Of a stretch of DNA of 64,000 nucleotides, positions 42,076-57,131 are shown in pieces (within the stretch, counting starts at the first letter, position 1; the number at the start of each line of letters is the position of its first letter). The DNA lies in NCBI RefSeq assembly GCF_009914755.1, contig NC_060938.1; one strand, given 5' to 3'. A model generated the notes under the pieces. The model saw nothing but the letters and a program-made list of their open reading frames with translations, was not told where the DNA came from and did no database searches. The translations under genes and the position numbers were made by a program. The DNA comes from the human T2T-CHM13v2.0 reference genome, Homo sapiens.

Positions 42076-42295
42076 CTGGAGCTGTAGAGGGCGAAACTAA
42101 GGTAAATGAGTGGAAATTATTGGTCTTGCTGCGTTTGTATTCATAGAGAAAGATCTGTCTATATTGTACAGGAATGAAATAGGCCAGCTGTTAAGGTAGT
42201 GAATTGGTTGTCACTGGGGGGTATCTAAGCAACTACCGTGAATAAATGATAACAGCCCATCAGCAGTGTATAGAAGGAACAAATAACCTCCAAAG

Positions 42296-42869
<574 letters not shown>

Positions 42870-43710
42870 TTCTAAGGTCCAGTGTCTTACCACATCTGCC
42901 CTAGGTGGACAACACTTGAAGACCGTGTTTAAATCCGGCTTTTCCACCACAGTGGGTGACATGGGTCAAAAATGCGGAAGGAAACCTGTTCTACTTGTGA
43001 GAGCTCCTGCTTCTAACTGGTGGAATCTCCTGCTGTCTGTCAGAGTAGCTCCTGACCCATCTTGGGGTGGAAAGGCCTTTGTGGGCCCTCAGGGAAGTGT
43101 TGAAGGGAGTTTACGGGCTGGCTGTGGGCTGCAGGATGGCGGAGGCGGCCAGGCAGCAACTGTGCCTGTGCCAGCAGTAGTTTATGTTGTGAGGTCGAAT
43201 GTATGTGTATGTATGTATTCTCTGGCAGGCCTTTATATTGAAGATGAGGGAGTGTGGCTTTTAAAAATAATGTATTTTTGACTTGAAACAAGTCAAGGCA
43301 GAGAGTGGAGACAATTAGAGGCTGATATCCTGTTTAGTCATCTCTCTAGAGAGCTCTATTTTCAGAGCTGTTCTATAAAGGTTCACAAGTGGTATTAAGA
43401 TAGTTAAGAGGATATTGTTAACAGTAGTCATGATGCAAGTAGCTGATTTGAACAGGGAGGTGATTTATAGTGTGGTAACCACATTGGTAACAGGTTTTAT
43501 GCAGAGAAAGGGTGGGTTGTAAGAATAGGTTGTTATACAGGTTAAGCTTTCTGAATCTGAACAAAGCAGGCATCTTTTATTTTGAAAAAGTATATAATCA
43601 GGGTGTGGTGGTGACCTAGGGTAAGTCCAGTGCATTTTTGGGGGCTTTGTCATGGGTAGATACAATAAATTTTAAAAAAGTAAACAGTACTGTTAAGAAT
43701 CTTTGAGATT

Positions 43711-43980
43711 GGCTGGGCATGGTGGCTCTCGCCTGTAATCCCAGCACTCTGGGAGGCCAAGGCGGGCGGATTGCCTGGTCTCAGGAGTTCAAGACCAGTC
43801 TGGGCAACATGCCTCTCTAAGCCAGGCATGATGGCATGTGCCTGTGGTCCCAGCTACTTGGGGGGCTGAGGCAGGAAAATCACTTGAACCCAGGTGGTCG
43901 AGGCTACAGTGAGTCATGATTGCAGCATTGAAGTCCAGCCTGGGTGACAGAGGGAGACTCTGTCTTAAAAAAAAAAAAAA
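43711..43980 (+). mobile_element. Alu (J-like) lacking its central A-rich linker
   Basis: ggcaacatgcctctctaagccaggcatg; TSD aa(g/a)aatctttgagat. Confidence 0.9.
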
Positions 43981-44019
43981 TCTTTGAGATCATATGTGGA
44001 GGCTGTGTTAGAAACGCTA

Positions 44020-44339
<320 letters not shown>

Positions 44340-45006
44340 TGCTAAATAATGATGCCATAGACTTTTCAGATTGGAAGAGTGAGGCTCAGTGTGGTAAAGG
44401 ACCTTGCCCAGGGTCCAGAACCAGCTGTGACAGAATCAGACTAGAGTTCTTGGCCTGGTCTAGTAGGGGGGCTCTTTCCACTGTACCATGTGACTATTTG
44501 CAGCTTATTTTAAATTTAATATTTGACCAAAAATGGTCATTCGTATCTCTAGTGAAACTTCTCTATATGCCAGTCTTCCTCTTCAGATGAAAGGTCAAAG
44601 GCAGAAATGGAGCCACAGCCAAAGAAAGAGAAAAATAAAATAAAAATGGAGCCATGGGCAGAATCTGAAAAGATTTATTTAAGGACAATTGTAAATTCAT
44701 GTATTTGAGTCCACAAGAGCCTCACAATGCAAGGCTTAGAGGTGTTCATGGATAGTGAAGTTAGCATCCGGTAGGAAGAGGGGAGTCCGCCCACCTAAGC
44801 TAGTGGTGATCAGAACAGAGCCAGAGGTGCTGTTCATCCTGGGCGCCATGCTGTATGGGGTCTTTCGGAAACTGGACTATATGCAGAGGACGACACCATA
44901 TGAAAAGACTTCAAGCTGCATTGCTTGCAGAATGCATGTCTTGATATTTCAGCTGATAGGTAACTTCAAGGTATGTTGATACTCCCGTGACTAATTAAGA
45001 GTAGCA

Positions 45007-45300
<294 letters not shown>

Positions 45301-45841
45301 AGAGTAGTGAATGCAAGGCTCCTAAACTTCCTTCCCTAGTGCTTCCTTAAGATTGACCAGACTTTGGTGGAAATATGTAGCAGAGACTCTTTATACTTTT
45401 TACTCCATAAAACTAAAGATTTGCAGTTGACCAAGCCACATGTGTTCATTACCTTGTATGTTGCCGTTATTTCTCTATTTCATATTCTTGCCATGTGGTT
45501 TAGTAAAATGCTGCTCTTATAAGCCATATGCATAAGATATGGAGGTCTCAAAAACAATTACCAAGTATGTGGATGTGCCTGTCTATATTATGACAAGCCA
45601 AAAATGGGAGAGAATAAAATTCAAGAGGAAGGAAACTGATAAAATGTGGTTTCTTTTCAGTCTTTACAGTTTTTTGAGCTTTCACTTGTTTCCCTGCCAC
45701 TCTACTATTTAATGAAAGACTTAGATTTATTTGATTTGTGGCTGTGATTTACACATTAGGCCTCTCTGTGATGAATTGTTTAAGGCCCACAAAAATATTT
45801 TAAAACTAACATATAATATACATTTTTTTTTCTCTTTGTAG

Positions 45842-45905
45842 GTGGATCTCGAGCCAGAGGGGAAAGTATTTGTGGTAATAACCCTTACCGGGAGTTTCAC
45901 TGAAG
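45842..45905 (+). CDS. PRKCH: Protein kinase C eta, internal coding exon (canonical exon 2, 64 nt, phase 0 to phase 1), end of C2 domain
   Basis: Acceptor tttttttttctctttgtAG (AG 45840-41); reads GTG GAT CTC GAG CCA GAG GGG AAA GTA TTT GTG GTA ATA ACC CTT ACC GGG AGT TTC ACT GAA G = VDLEPEGKVFVVITLTGSFTE, matching PKC-eta as recalled (PKC-epsilon has IDLEPEGRVYVIIDLSG); donor AAG|GTAAGA at 45905/45906. Too short for the ORF track. Confidence 0.97.
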
Positions 45906-46374
45906 GTAAGAATGAGTTTTGGGTAGTTTCCAGAATACATGTAATCTTGGTTTACACTCAGTAGGAATTTCTATCATGGACATTATAAAAAAGAGCATGT
46001 TGTAAGAGATGCTTAAAAAATCACTTTCATAAGTTGGGCTGGCTAGTATTTTGTTGCCCAGTGGTCTATTGGTTCAGGTTGCCAAATTAAATATATTTGC
46101 TAAATCTGGCAATCTCACGTTTCATTTAACACACTCAATGAGTTTTTGTTTTTAGCCAGTGTCATCGTAGCTGAATGGTTTTTGCGTCTTTTTGGTTCAT
46201 GACTGTGGAACTCTACGTCTTTGGTTTTGTGCCATCTTTTAGTTTGCCTGTGAATGTCTATGAAAGAAATTTAGGGATCCAGTTATCTTCTTTATAATCT
46301 CTATCTCATTTGTGACCTGTAAGGGATTCTGTTCTTCATCTGTGGCTACCGTACTCCCTACTCCCCCATCCAAT

Positions 46375-48005
46375 ATTTTTTTTACTTGAGGTAAAATTTA
46401 TATGGGGGTGAAATGATAGATCAGAAGTGAACAATTTGAATTTTGACAAATGCATACAACTGCATAACCAGCACCCCAATCCAAGATACAGGACATTTCC
46501 ATTATTGTGAACATTTCCCTGTACCCTTTTTCAATCCCCTGCTCCCAGAGGCAATAAGTAAAGTGCTTTATTTCACCACAGGTTAGTTTTACCTACCCTA
46601 GAAGTTCATATACATGGAATTATACAGTATATTCTCTTTTATGTCTGGTTTCTTTCACTCAGCATAGTTTTTAGAAGATTCATATCATTGTGTATATCAG
46701 TATTTTTTTCATTTTATTTCTGAGTAGTAGTATCCCATTATATAAATGTAGCATCCATTTGTTTACCCATTCTCCTCTTGGTGGACTTTTGGGGTTTTTC
46801 CTATTGTTGTCTATTATGAATAATGCTTTTATTAACCTTCTTACACATAAATTTTTCTGGACATAACACTTTCATTTATCTTGGATAATTATATAGGAGT
46901 GGAATTGCTGGGTAATAAAGTAGGTGTGTGTGTAACTTCAGAAGAAACTTCCAGATGGTTTCCAAAGTGGTTTTATTATACTCCCACCAGCAATGCATGA
47001 GAGTTCCAATTACTTCATATCCTCATTAACACTTTCTATGGCCATTGCTTTTCATCGTAGACATTCTAGTGGGTATGAAATTATATCCTGTGGGTAAATT
47101 TGCATTTCCCTGATGGTGAGTACTTTCTCACATGCTTATTGGTCATTTGTTTGTTTATTTGATAATTTCCAGTTCCAGTCTTTTGTCCTGTTTTCTAAAA
47201 TTGGATTTGTCTTTCTATTATTGATTTAGAGGAGTTCTTTGTTTTCTGGATATGAGTCCTTTGTGAGAAATAGGTATTGTGATTACTTTTTCCCAGTCTG
47301 TGGCTTGCCTTTTCATTTTCTTAATGGTGTCTTTGAGCAAAAGTTTTAAATTTCTATGAAGTTCAGTTTATTAATCTCATCTTTTGTAGTTCATATGTTT
47401 TATGTCTTCAGAGATCTCTCTGTCATAGGATCACTAAGATATTCTCCTGTTTCTTTTTTTGTTTTTTTTTTTTAAGAAGCAAATAGTTTTAGGTTTTATG
47501 TTTAGGTCTGTATGCCTTCTTAAATTGATATTTGTGTGTGATGTTACAGAGGAGTTGAAACATTTTTTTTCAATACACGAATGCAGTTGTTCTAGCACCA
47601 TTTATTAAAAGTCTCCCCTGGCCCCTTGAATCACCCTGGAACCTTTGTTGAAAATCAATTGACCATATAATGTGGGTCTGTTTCTGGATTATCTGTTCTG
47701 TCCTGTTGATCTGTTTGTCCATCTGATCTCTCTTTCTTTTCTCTACATTATGCCAGTATTACACTGTCTCATTACTGTTGCTTTATAGTGAGTCTTATGG
47801 TTACATAGTATGAGCCCTCCAACTCCGTTCTTTTTTGTATGTTTAAGGTTATTTTAGCTATTCTCAGTATTTTGCAATTTGATATCAGTTTTAGAGTCAG
47901 CTTATATATTTCCAGACAAAATCCTGCTGTATTTTGAATTGAAATTGTGTTGGATCTATAGATCGGTTTGAGGGGAATTAACATCTTAACAATCTTGAGT
48001 ATCTT
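46375..48005 (-). mobile_element. Old L1 (L1ME/L1MC-type) 3' UTR plus ORF2 remnant, antisense
   Basis: ORF 47772-48014(-) IPLKPIYRSNTISIQ...LKLISNCKILRIAK aligns by eye to L1 ORF2 ILPKVIYRFNAIPIK...LKFIWNQKRARIAK. Confidence 0.85.
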
Positions 48006-49906
48006 TAAACCCATCTGTAGTCAAATTAGTCAATTCTGTAGTCCGTGGACATGGTCTTTGCTCGTAAGGCATAGCCAGTGTGAGGTTTCAGTAGAAATCC
48101 CAAGGTGTTTTAAGCCCATTAATTTTATGGCACTCAAGCTTCTAACTCTTTCTCCTATGGGTGGGAAACAGCTGAAATCTCAGTTCCTATCTTTCAGCAT
48201 CCTAGCTCTTGCTCCTGTCTGGACCTCTTAGAGTTTCCCTTGCACATGCACAGTTTAGGAAGATGTGAGGGCTTGAAGAGTTTACATATGTGGAGGTTCT
48301 TCTTTCTGTGGCCCCATCTTTCCAGGTTTTCTCCCCTCAATATCCAGTCATCTGGTAGGCTTGAATTTTGTCAATTCTGCCTTCAAGCCAATAAAACTGT
48401 GGTTCCATATTGAGTTCTATTTACCCAACCCTGCACAACCTGGGGAATAATCTGGAGAAAAGCCCTACAAATGTGGGTCTCGCCTAATGCGGTTTCCCTC
48501 CTTCACGTGTCAGATTCTCTCTAGTTTGTATGTGTTTTTGGTTGTTCTCTCACATCATCAACTAGTTGTTTAAAATATATTTTCCAGGTATTTTAATCTT
48601 TTGGTGGGAGGGTTGGTCCATATCAAGCTACTTCACCATTACTAAAACCTCATGAAGATTTTTAAGCATGTGGCTTAATTGTTTGTATTTTTGGTATTGG
48701 CATTTTGCAAAATTGGTTACACTTTCTTTGAGAAATAGTTTTCTCCACTCCTTTCAGCCAACCATTCCCATTCATATGGGTGAATTGTTTTAATGTTAAA
48801 GTTTTTCAATATATCGTCTCCATTATTAAATCTTGTCTTTTTGCACAAACCTGGATTTAGCAGAAACCTAGAATACTTGACATAAAAAAAAAACTGTTCA
48901 GGTTACAATTTGGGGGGGTGTTCTGCCTGCTCCAAGGTCTTTTTGCTTTGCTTGGTATCTTTTATGTACAGAGAAAAATGAGTCTGTTCCTAGCCTAGTC
49001 AAATAAAATCAATGTAGTATTATGGAACATTGTTGATAAAACATTCTCATCATGCACGTAGAACATGGATCAGCTATGGTAGAAAGAAACACAACAGTGA
49101 GAAAGAGGTCAGGAGGAGGAGTGGGTAAGATTCTCTCTCATTCGAGCTGAATCAACTCTCTGCATTAAGTTACAAGGGACTGGCGAAGTAAAGCAATGCA
49201 TATTAGACCAGGTCTGATTGTGCCATAATCATTACATGACTTTTTTAGAGCCATGCCAACTCTCTAGGACTAAATGCTCACCAAATACATCTGATTGTTC
49301 TCATTGTATTTATTTCTTAGTTTCAGTGATAATAAGAATGAAATGGTAAGTCATACTAGAGGTGAGTTCTTACTAGGTCATTGCAGTTGTGTCTTTCAGA
49401 GCTGACCCTGGGTAAAATTGTGAGATGAGTTGAGTTTATCTTTGGTAATTCCATCTTTGCTTTAAGCTAGTCCTTTGTCTCTGCCTACAGTTGTCCCTTA
49501 CTGCAGCAAGAAGCCCAGTGGTCCCTGTCCAGAAAGAGTTGCTGATAAGGAAAACAGTTAATTCATAGGCTAATTCACACTACAGTGATAGAGATTGATG
49601 TCATAGTACTCTATTCCTCTTAGGTGTGTTTGCATATTTTAAAAGATGCTGGAAGAGCTGCTTTATCCATGAGAAATAGACTTTTAATGCTAAAATTTTA
49701 ATATTGAAATCTACGGGTGGGGTATATTTTAGGAACCCCATATCTGTTCTCTGTGTCTCTGTGCGTGCATTGCTTTTTCATTTTGGCTCCTAGACTGGGG
49801 CTCAGCTTGAGCTTGCACGTTGCTGCTGCCTTTAAAACACCGCTCCCTTGTCACATGCAGAGGACGTGATGGCTGCCTGTCTGTGTTAAGTAAGAAGGAA
49901 ATGGAG

Positions 49907-49919
49907 CCCCCCCCCCCCC
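49907..49919 (+). repeat. C13 homopolymer
   Basis: Read directly from the sequence. Confidence 0.95.
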
Positions 49920-50414
49920 ATTTGCCTGCCACAGCTGTGGCAGCAACCTGGACCTGGCACTGAGAGCATGTCCCTAGCTTGACCTCGCTCCTGGAAGCCA
50001 CCTTAGATTATGTCCAGCCATAATATGACAGGTTGGCTGGTGCAACATTTGGAGCTCTAGTTCCCATCTTGGATACTGAAAGCCTTCATGGAAAAGCAGT
50101 GTAAGGTCAGGCCTGCCCAGTGTGTTTTGGACTGTGAAAAGGGCATTGTCCTAGGATCCTGGAGGCACTGTCAAAGCTCAGGAAATGTTGGCTGATCCTC
50201 AGTCTGTCTCACATGGTTGTCTTGAAGGTCAGATGATATAATATATGGGGAAGTGCTTTGCAAACTATAAAGTACTATATGAAGGTATGTTAGTGGGATT
50301 TTCATTTCCATGTTCCTATTGTCACAGCAAGGAGATCCCAGTCATTTCCCCTACCCCTGCCCTGGGACCATCTTGTATACTCAGCAGGTTCGTTTTATCT
50401 TAACATTGACTTTA

Positions 50415-50729
<315 letters not shown>

Positions 50730-51039
50730 TTATTTTATACAAGAAGCCTCAAGAATTTCATGGACAGTGGCTAGCATAATGTTGGCTTATCTCCATGCCT
50801 GTTTTCATGATCTCCTATGCGGGTTCTGCCATAAGCTCAGATTCTATAATCTCAAAGCACTCCTTTAAAAAAAATTACTTAAATTGGACGGTGGTCTGTG
50901 ATGTACAAGGCTGGTATTGGGGCTACTGACTGCTACTTACCTCATTTTTTAATTTTTCATTAATTATACTGAATTAGCTCAGGCAAAACTATTTTGTTAA
51001 ATGTAAGACATGATTGAGAAGTGACATAAGAAAAACCTG

Positions 51040-52170
51040 CTGGGTGCAGACCTGTAATCACATCATAGATGCTGGAGAGATAAAGATGAACGAGACATAG
51101 ACACTCTCACAGGAGCTCATAGGAGGGAAGGCAGATACATATTATGTATGCAATGCAGGGAGCCAGGTCCCATGGCAGGAATAAGCCCAGTGCATAGTGT
51201 TGGCACATGGGACTACATAATCAATTTGGCCAGGAGGGTTTAGAGAAAGCTTTTCTGGGGAGGTGATGTTTAAAACAAGTCTGAATGATAAATAGGACTG
51301 TGCCTAGAAGGGAACAGAGTTCAAGAGAGGGAGACAGTTTGTACAAGAAACGAAAAGGAGTGTGGAGGTGCTAAAGGTAGGGGGTGTGGAGGTGCTGAAG
51401 ATTGGGGAGTGGGATGGGGGGATGTGGCCAGAGATTTCGGAGGGCTTATGTGTGGGCTTGCCCAGGACAGGCTCAGTTTGTTGGTTACACCAGAATAATT
51501 ATACAACAGCGCCACTGTTCACTTTCAAAAGGGTGCCAGGTCAGACAATAAATTGCATGTTCACACCACTTGTAGGCTAATAGAAATGATAAGATACCAG
51601 TGAAGGGTTTTAAGCAGAGATCTGATTTGGTGGCAGTAAGTTCAAGGGTGGGGAAGGGGTGTTAGTTGATAAGACTAGATCTAAGGTGTGGAGAACCATT
51701 ATAGAGACTTGGAAGGTTGTCTCAGGGCAAGATTATTAGGGCCTGAATTAGGTTGGAATATGTAGGGGTGGAGAGGAGGGGGACAGCTTTGAGAGATGTC
51801 TGTGTAGTAAAATCAGTAGGAATTAGCAATCCACTGGATGTGGAGGATGAAGAAAGAGGAGTCTCAGATGATGCTCAGATGGTGCCTCAGAGTCATTTAC
51901 CAGGGTAGAAACTGGGAGAAGATGATGAATCCAGCTTTGGACAAGTGGAGTTTGAGGTGCTTGTGGGAAATCTAAGTTGCAATGTCTGGGAGAAATTGGA
52001 AATAAGATTCCGGAGTTTGGCAAGATGCCTGGGCCTGAGATGTAGCTCCAGGTGCCAGGTGGAAGACAGGCACATGGATAAAGAGGCCCATTGAGAAGAT
52101 TTAGCAAGAAAACCAGCAAGGCTGACCAGCAGCAGAACTCTGTGGAGCATCAACATTTAAGTACTTTGGC
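51040..52170 (-). mobile_element. L2 fragment
   Basis: cagtgaagggttttaagcagag; tttggacaagtggagtttgaggtgcttgtggga. Confidence 0.7.
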
Positions 52171-53189
52171 TCATGAATTATAGTTTATCAAACCAACCAA
52201 ACTATGCTGAAGGTTTACTTAATGAACACCCATTTTGCTAAGATATTACTTGTGAAATAGTATCTGAGTGCTTGCTGTATGCCAGGGACTGTTTCACCAG
52301 ATTGTTTACCGTCTTCCAAATTGGCACCAAAATGTTTGATAATGAAGTTAGAAGAAAGAACAGAACACAAAAGGCTTTGAAAAGTAATGTTTGCATTGGT
52401 GGTAACAGTGGTTTCTTCGAAGTTTGATGATACAATGTGCTGTGTGAAGGTTTATGCCTAATGCGGGGGTAAAAAGAACAGATGAACCTACTCAAAACCT
52501 GCAGTGAGGGGTCTTCACTGAACTTAGATAGAGCAAGAAAAACTCTTTTACATTCATTGCTTTGTGGAAGTCTCTCACAGAGCTCAAGGCGTATAAAATT
52601 ATCAACTGGATCAGAAACCCCTCACCACTGTTCATCTTGTTAAAGGTGTCACTCTGCATCTGTGCAGAATTCCCCTAGGCACTGAGGCAGAAGTAGAAGT
52701 GATTTATTATTTTGAAAAAGCTGCCTAATGTCAATCTTTATTCTAACTAAGCCTTCCTGAAGCTAAGAACTGGATCTGAAGTCTGATCAAATTGAAATTT
52801 ATTATAGTGATGAAACAGCCCTGGATTTTTAATGCAGCCTTCAGATTCCATCATTGTTGCCATGTGTGTGATTGTCACTATGTTGGACTAATTTTTGTCT
52901 GGAAGAGTGGAGTAGCAAAAAAAAGAATAGATTGAAACAATGGAAACTGAGGAAAATGCATTAAACTAAATTCATAACTGCTTTAATTGGAAGAGAAACA
53001 ACAGAAAGAAATTAAAGTATGACATCATCTTATGTGAGGACAAAAAGATGTAGCTGGATTATTATGCTACTAAGAAATATGGTGTAAGATTTTACGATTT
53101 GAAGAGAACATAGTTTGCAGTAAATGAAGTTTGCTTGGACTCAGGGAACCACAAACTTAAATGGTTGGCCCACAAATAAAAAACCAGAC

Positions 53190-53890
53190 ATGATGTGTCT
53201 CCTGATGGAAGCCCACACAACATCGTGATCTTGCCAAAAAGTAGAGGTAGTTTTGCCCAAAACTCAAGCCTTAGACCAGTCAGGCTTCCAGATCCAACCA
53301 CCAGTTAAGAGGAAATATAGGGGACAGAGGAGCATTTTAAGTTACACCATGGGATGTAATCAGCAAAATCCAGACTGTGGAAAAATTTTACAGGAAAAGA
53401 GACTTGGTTTCTTCTACCAAACATTGGAAGAAAAAAGTAAAGGAAAGAGAACCAAAGTAACAAGAGAGAGGCATATTAATCATTTGCAATATATGGGCCA
53501 CATTTTATCCCAATTCAAACACAAATTATAAAAGAAACATTAACTCCCAGGAGGCAAGTGAAGAAATGGAAACCGTGCCTGGATCTGTGAGGATATTACA
53601 GAATTGTTGATGTTATTTAGGTGTGATTGTGGTATTGTGGTTACTTAAAACAAAAAGAACATCCATTAGAAATACACTTAAAAATATTTACTGATGATAT
53701 GATATGACATCTGGGCTTTACTTCAGAATAATGCAGAGGTGGGCAGAGGAGATGGGATAGAATTGAAACCCGATTAGCCATGAGTTGTTTACTGAAGCTG
53801 GGTGATGATTATATGTTGCATGTGGTTTATTATAGTATTCTACTTTTGCATGTATTTGAAATTTTCATTAATAAGTTAAAAAGTAAAATA
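53190..53890 (+). mobile_element. Old L1 3' UTR fragment (L1MC4/L1ME-type)
   Basis: aatcagcaaaatccagactgtgg; gatatgacatctgggctttacttcagaataat; tctacttttgcatgtatttgaaattttc. Confidence 0.7.
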
Positions 53891-55329
53891 AAATGACAAA
53901 TTTCAAGAATATCTGCTTCTTAAACAAAAACCAGAATCTGGGTTATGACATCAAAATGATGCTTGAACTTGAACATTTTACCTCTTTCCACTTACAAATT
54001 AAAGCTGGAGGGTTTTTTAATGTATATGTTTTATCCATGATTCTCAGTTTTTATGTATGATGAAAAAGTAAGTTAAAAATTTTAAATGACTAAAGTACTG
54101 TGCTTCAGAAAGACTTTTTTAAATTGCTAAATAAATAATAAGCTGTGAGTCAAAAACTGCAGGTAGGAACAGGTGAGTAAGATAATTCCTTTTGTTCCGT
54201 CATAAAGTTCTCACTCACAGTGAATGACAAGTAGATTATCTCCTACTAACAATTACATAACATTTTGCAGTTGCGAAGTTTAATTTTAAGGTAGTTTCCT
54301 AAAAGAATAAAGTAAATCAGAAGGATTAATGGTAGAAGTATCTTTATAAAGATAGTAAGAAAAAGGTTCTTAGTGTACTTGTTTCTTCCCCAGAGTTCCC
54401 AAGGCAAACATAAAGGTATTCTATTTTGTACAAGTTTTTGGGGAAGGAAAACTTCCTCAAAAACAAAACCCTGACAAAGAACCTGTTATTTGTGAATTTG
54501 AAGCTTGTTTAGAAAAAAAAGGCCTTTTACTTCTGCTAAAACCTTGAATTGTTCCTTATTTGAGACATTTAATATGTAACTTGGAAAAGATATACATTTG
54601 TCCTGGGGAGACAATGGAAAGGCACTTGAATTTTGGCATCTGCTTTTTCTCTCTACTAAGGCAGTGCACAATGGTGCAGAATAAGAGTCTGATCTTTTTC
54701 TTTTTGTCCCATTGCCTCAGTTTTTAGCTCACATTTCTTGTCTCAAGCCCACTGGTTTACAAATAATTACGTTCTCTGCTAAGTCATGTGGCACATGGAC
54801 CATCAAGGCAGATGAAGCATGTGTTACTGCTTTGAAGCTGCAGCCCACAGTTACCCCCTGTATCAACACTTCAGATGCATGTCATTTTTAAAGAGAAAAA
54901 GTGATTTCTGGTGGTAGTTGATTTATAGCATTCCTTTCTCAGATTTCAAGCCTGGTGACAAGTTGTTGATTTAATTTTTTTAAAATGTAGCTTTAAAAAA
55001 ATTTATTCTTTTGGCATATTAGCTTGAAGAATGAGTGACCACTTTAGTTTTTGTGTTTGTTTTTTGCTGGTCTAAGCAATTGTGGCTATCAGGTTGAAGA
55101 CAGGGTAGGAGAGAAAGAAAGGAATTGAGGGAATGGGAGAATAGGAACTGGAAACGGGCGAATGATGTTTTTAAAGGATTGAGACTAATTGTCCCTTGTC
55201 ATAGATGCTCTCTCGTCTTCTCCATAATATCTAGCTCATTTGTTGAATGCCTTCTGAGGACCAGACACTGGAGTTGGCTTGTAATTTAGCAAATAGCAAT
55301 GGGAGCCCTCATTTTATTTTCTGGTAGCA

Positions 55330-55560
55330 GGATAAACTCTTACCTAGTAACTGAGTACCTCTACGTGTTCATACCATGCTATATATTATTCCATTTTCTC
55401 TCTATAACAAATTTCTGAGGCTGTTGTAATTCTCAGTATGCAAATGGTGAACCAGACTCAGAGACGCTAATTTACTATGGTCTTTCCTGGATAGTAAGTG
55501 CCAGAGCCCAGACACAAGCTCAGATTGCAATGCTGAGGTCCAAGATCTTTCTACACCATC
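55330..55560 (-). mobile_element. MIR
   Basis: ctgagtacctctacgtg...tgcaaatggtgaaccagactcagagacgctaa...gtaagtgccagagcc. Confidence 0.6.
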
Positions 55561-57131
55561 CAGCTATCTGAGGAGTTGGGGGTGGGGGGGCAGCATTTTA
55601 GTTTTTTTCTTTATTCCATCTTAGAGGAAAACTGTCCTCAGGATAGCATAATCCCACCCTCCAGAGAGTCTTGTCTTTTGGGATGATGTCTTTTTGCAAG
55701 GCTTCCCTTGAGTTCCTCCTCCTTAAACTGGAGGACCAACATTCACCCAGGAAAGGTGCAGCATTCTCAGACATCAGGCATGGATGGGCCAGAAAGCTCT
55801 AGGCAGATTGAGTTTAAGATTTGCTCAGGTTTTGTTGTCAGTAGGTTCTCTTAATGTACATCTTAAGCTAGAACTCAGAAGATGAAAATACAGTCAGTGA
55901 GTTCAGCATAGGTATGATAGCTCTATTTGCCTTTTTATACCCCAGTCATCATTGGCTTCACTGTACCTACTTCTCTTATTTTGACTGACTGTAAGTGAAA
56001 AAACTAGGTGGTGGCTTTGTTGGAAATTTTAAAATTCATTCTCAAAGTGTGATCCTGCAGACTTCTGAGAGTTCCAGAGACATTTTCAGGAAGTCTGCAG
56101 TTCCAAACTGTTTTCCTTATAATACGAAGATTTTATTCATCCTTTTTTCCCCACTGTGTTGACATTTGCCCCAATGGTGCAAAAGAGAAATGGTGGGTAA
56201 AAGCATGGCACCAAACTATAAAGTCATCATTGTATTCTTGATGGCCACGTAGTTGCAGGAGGAAGAAATCTAGTTTCACTTAAGAATGTCTTTGATGGAA
56301 CAGTAAACATTATTCATGTTATTAAAGGTCAATCCTTGACTATATACCTTTGTAACATTCTGTGTGACAAAATGGGAAATATGCTAAAAGCATTCCTGCT
56401 TCATACTGAAATACTGTTGTGTCTCAAGGAAAAGCACTTGTGTGATTGAGTTGTTAGCTGAGCTAGCCACTTTTTGCATGGAACACCATTTTTACTTTGA
56501 AAGAATGACAGACAAACCATACTATGGAACTGGCAGATTTTTCAGACATTGTCTAAAAAACGAATGAACTGCGCCTGTTACTTCAGGGAAAACAACTGTA
56601 AGTATTTGGTGCCAGTGATAAAATTAGAGCCTTCAAAACATAATTCGAATTTTGGAAAGTTTATATCCACCATTGTGAGCCTGACAACTTCCCAGTACTT
56701 ATTCTTTTCTCATGAGTTTGTTGTTATTAACGATTGTAATTTTTAAAAATTGTGTTATGAGATATGTCAACATTTAGAAGATGACTTCCAATGATTCAGT
56801 GAACACGTATTTTCACAATGGCCAGTACGAGATGTTATAAAATCATTTATGGGTCAAGGATCTCTTGAAAGCGTAAGGTAGACTCATGTATATTAATTTA
56901 AAGTATGAAAAGTTCATTGATACAGTTTTATATTGCAACCAACTTTTGAGAAACTACGCCTTGTTTACTTTTGTGTGGTATTAAAGAAGAATATCTGCAA
57001 TTATCTGAAAAATCTATTAAAATTATATTTTTAAATTACTCTGTGTGAGGCTGGACTGTATTCATGTACTTCAACTAGAACAACATTACAGTGGCTTGAA
57101 TACAGAAGCAGATATGAGAATCTAGCTGTCA

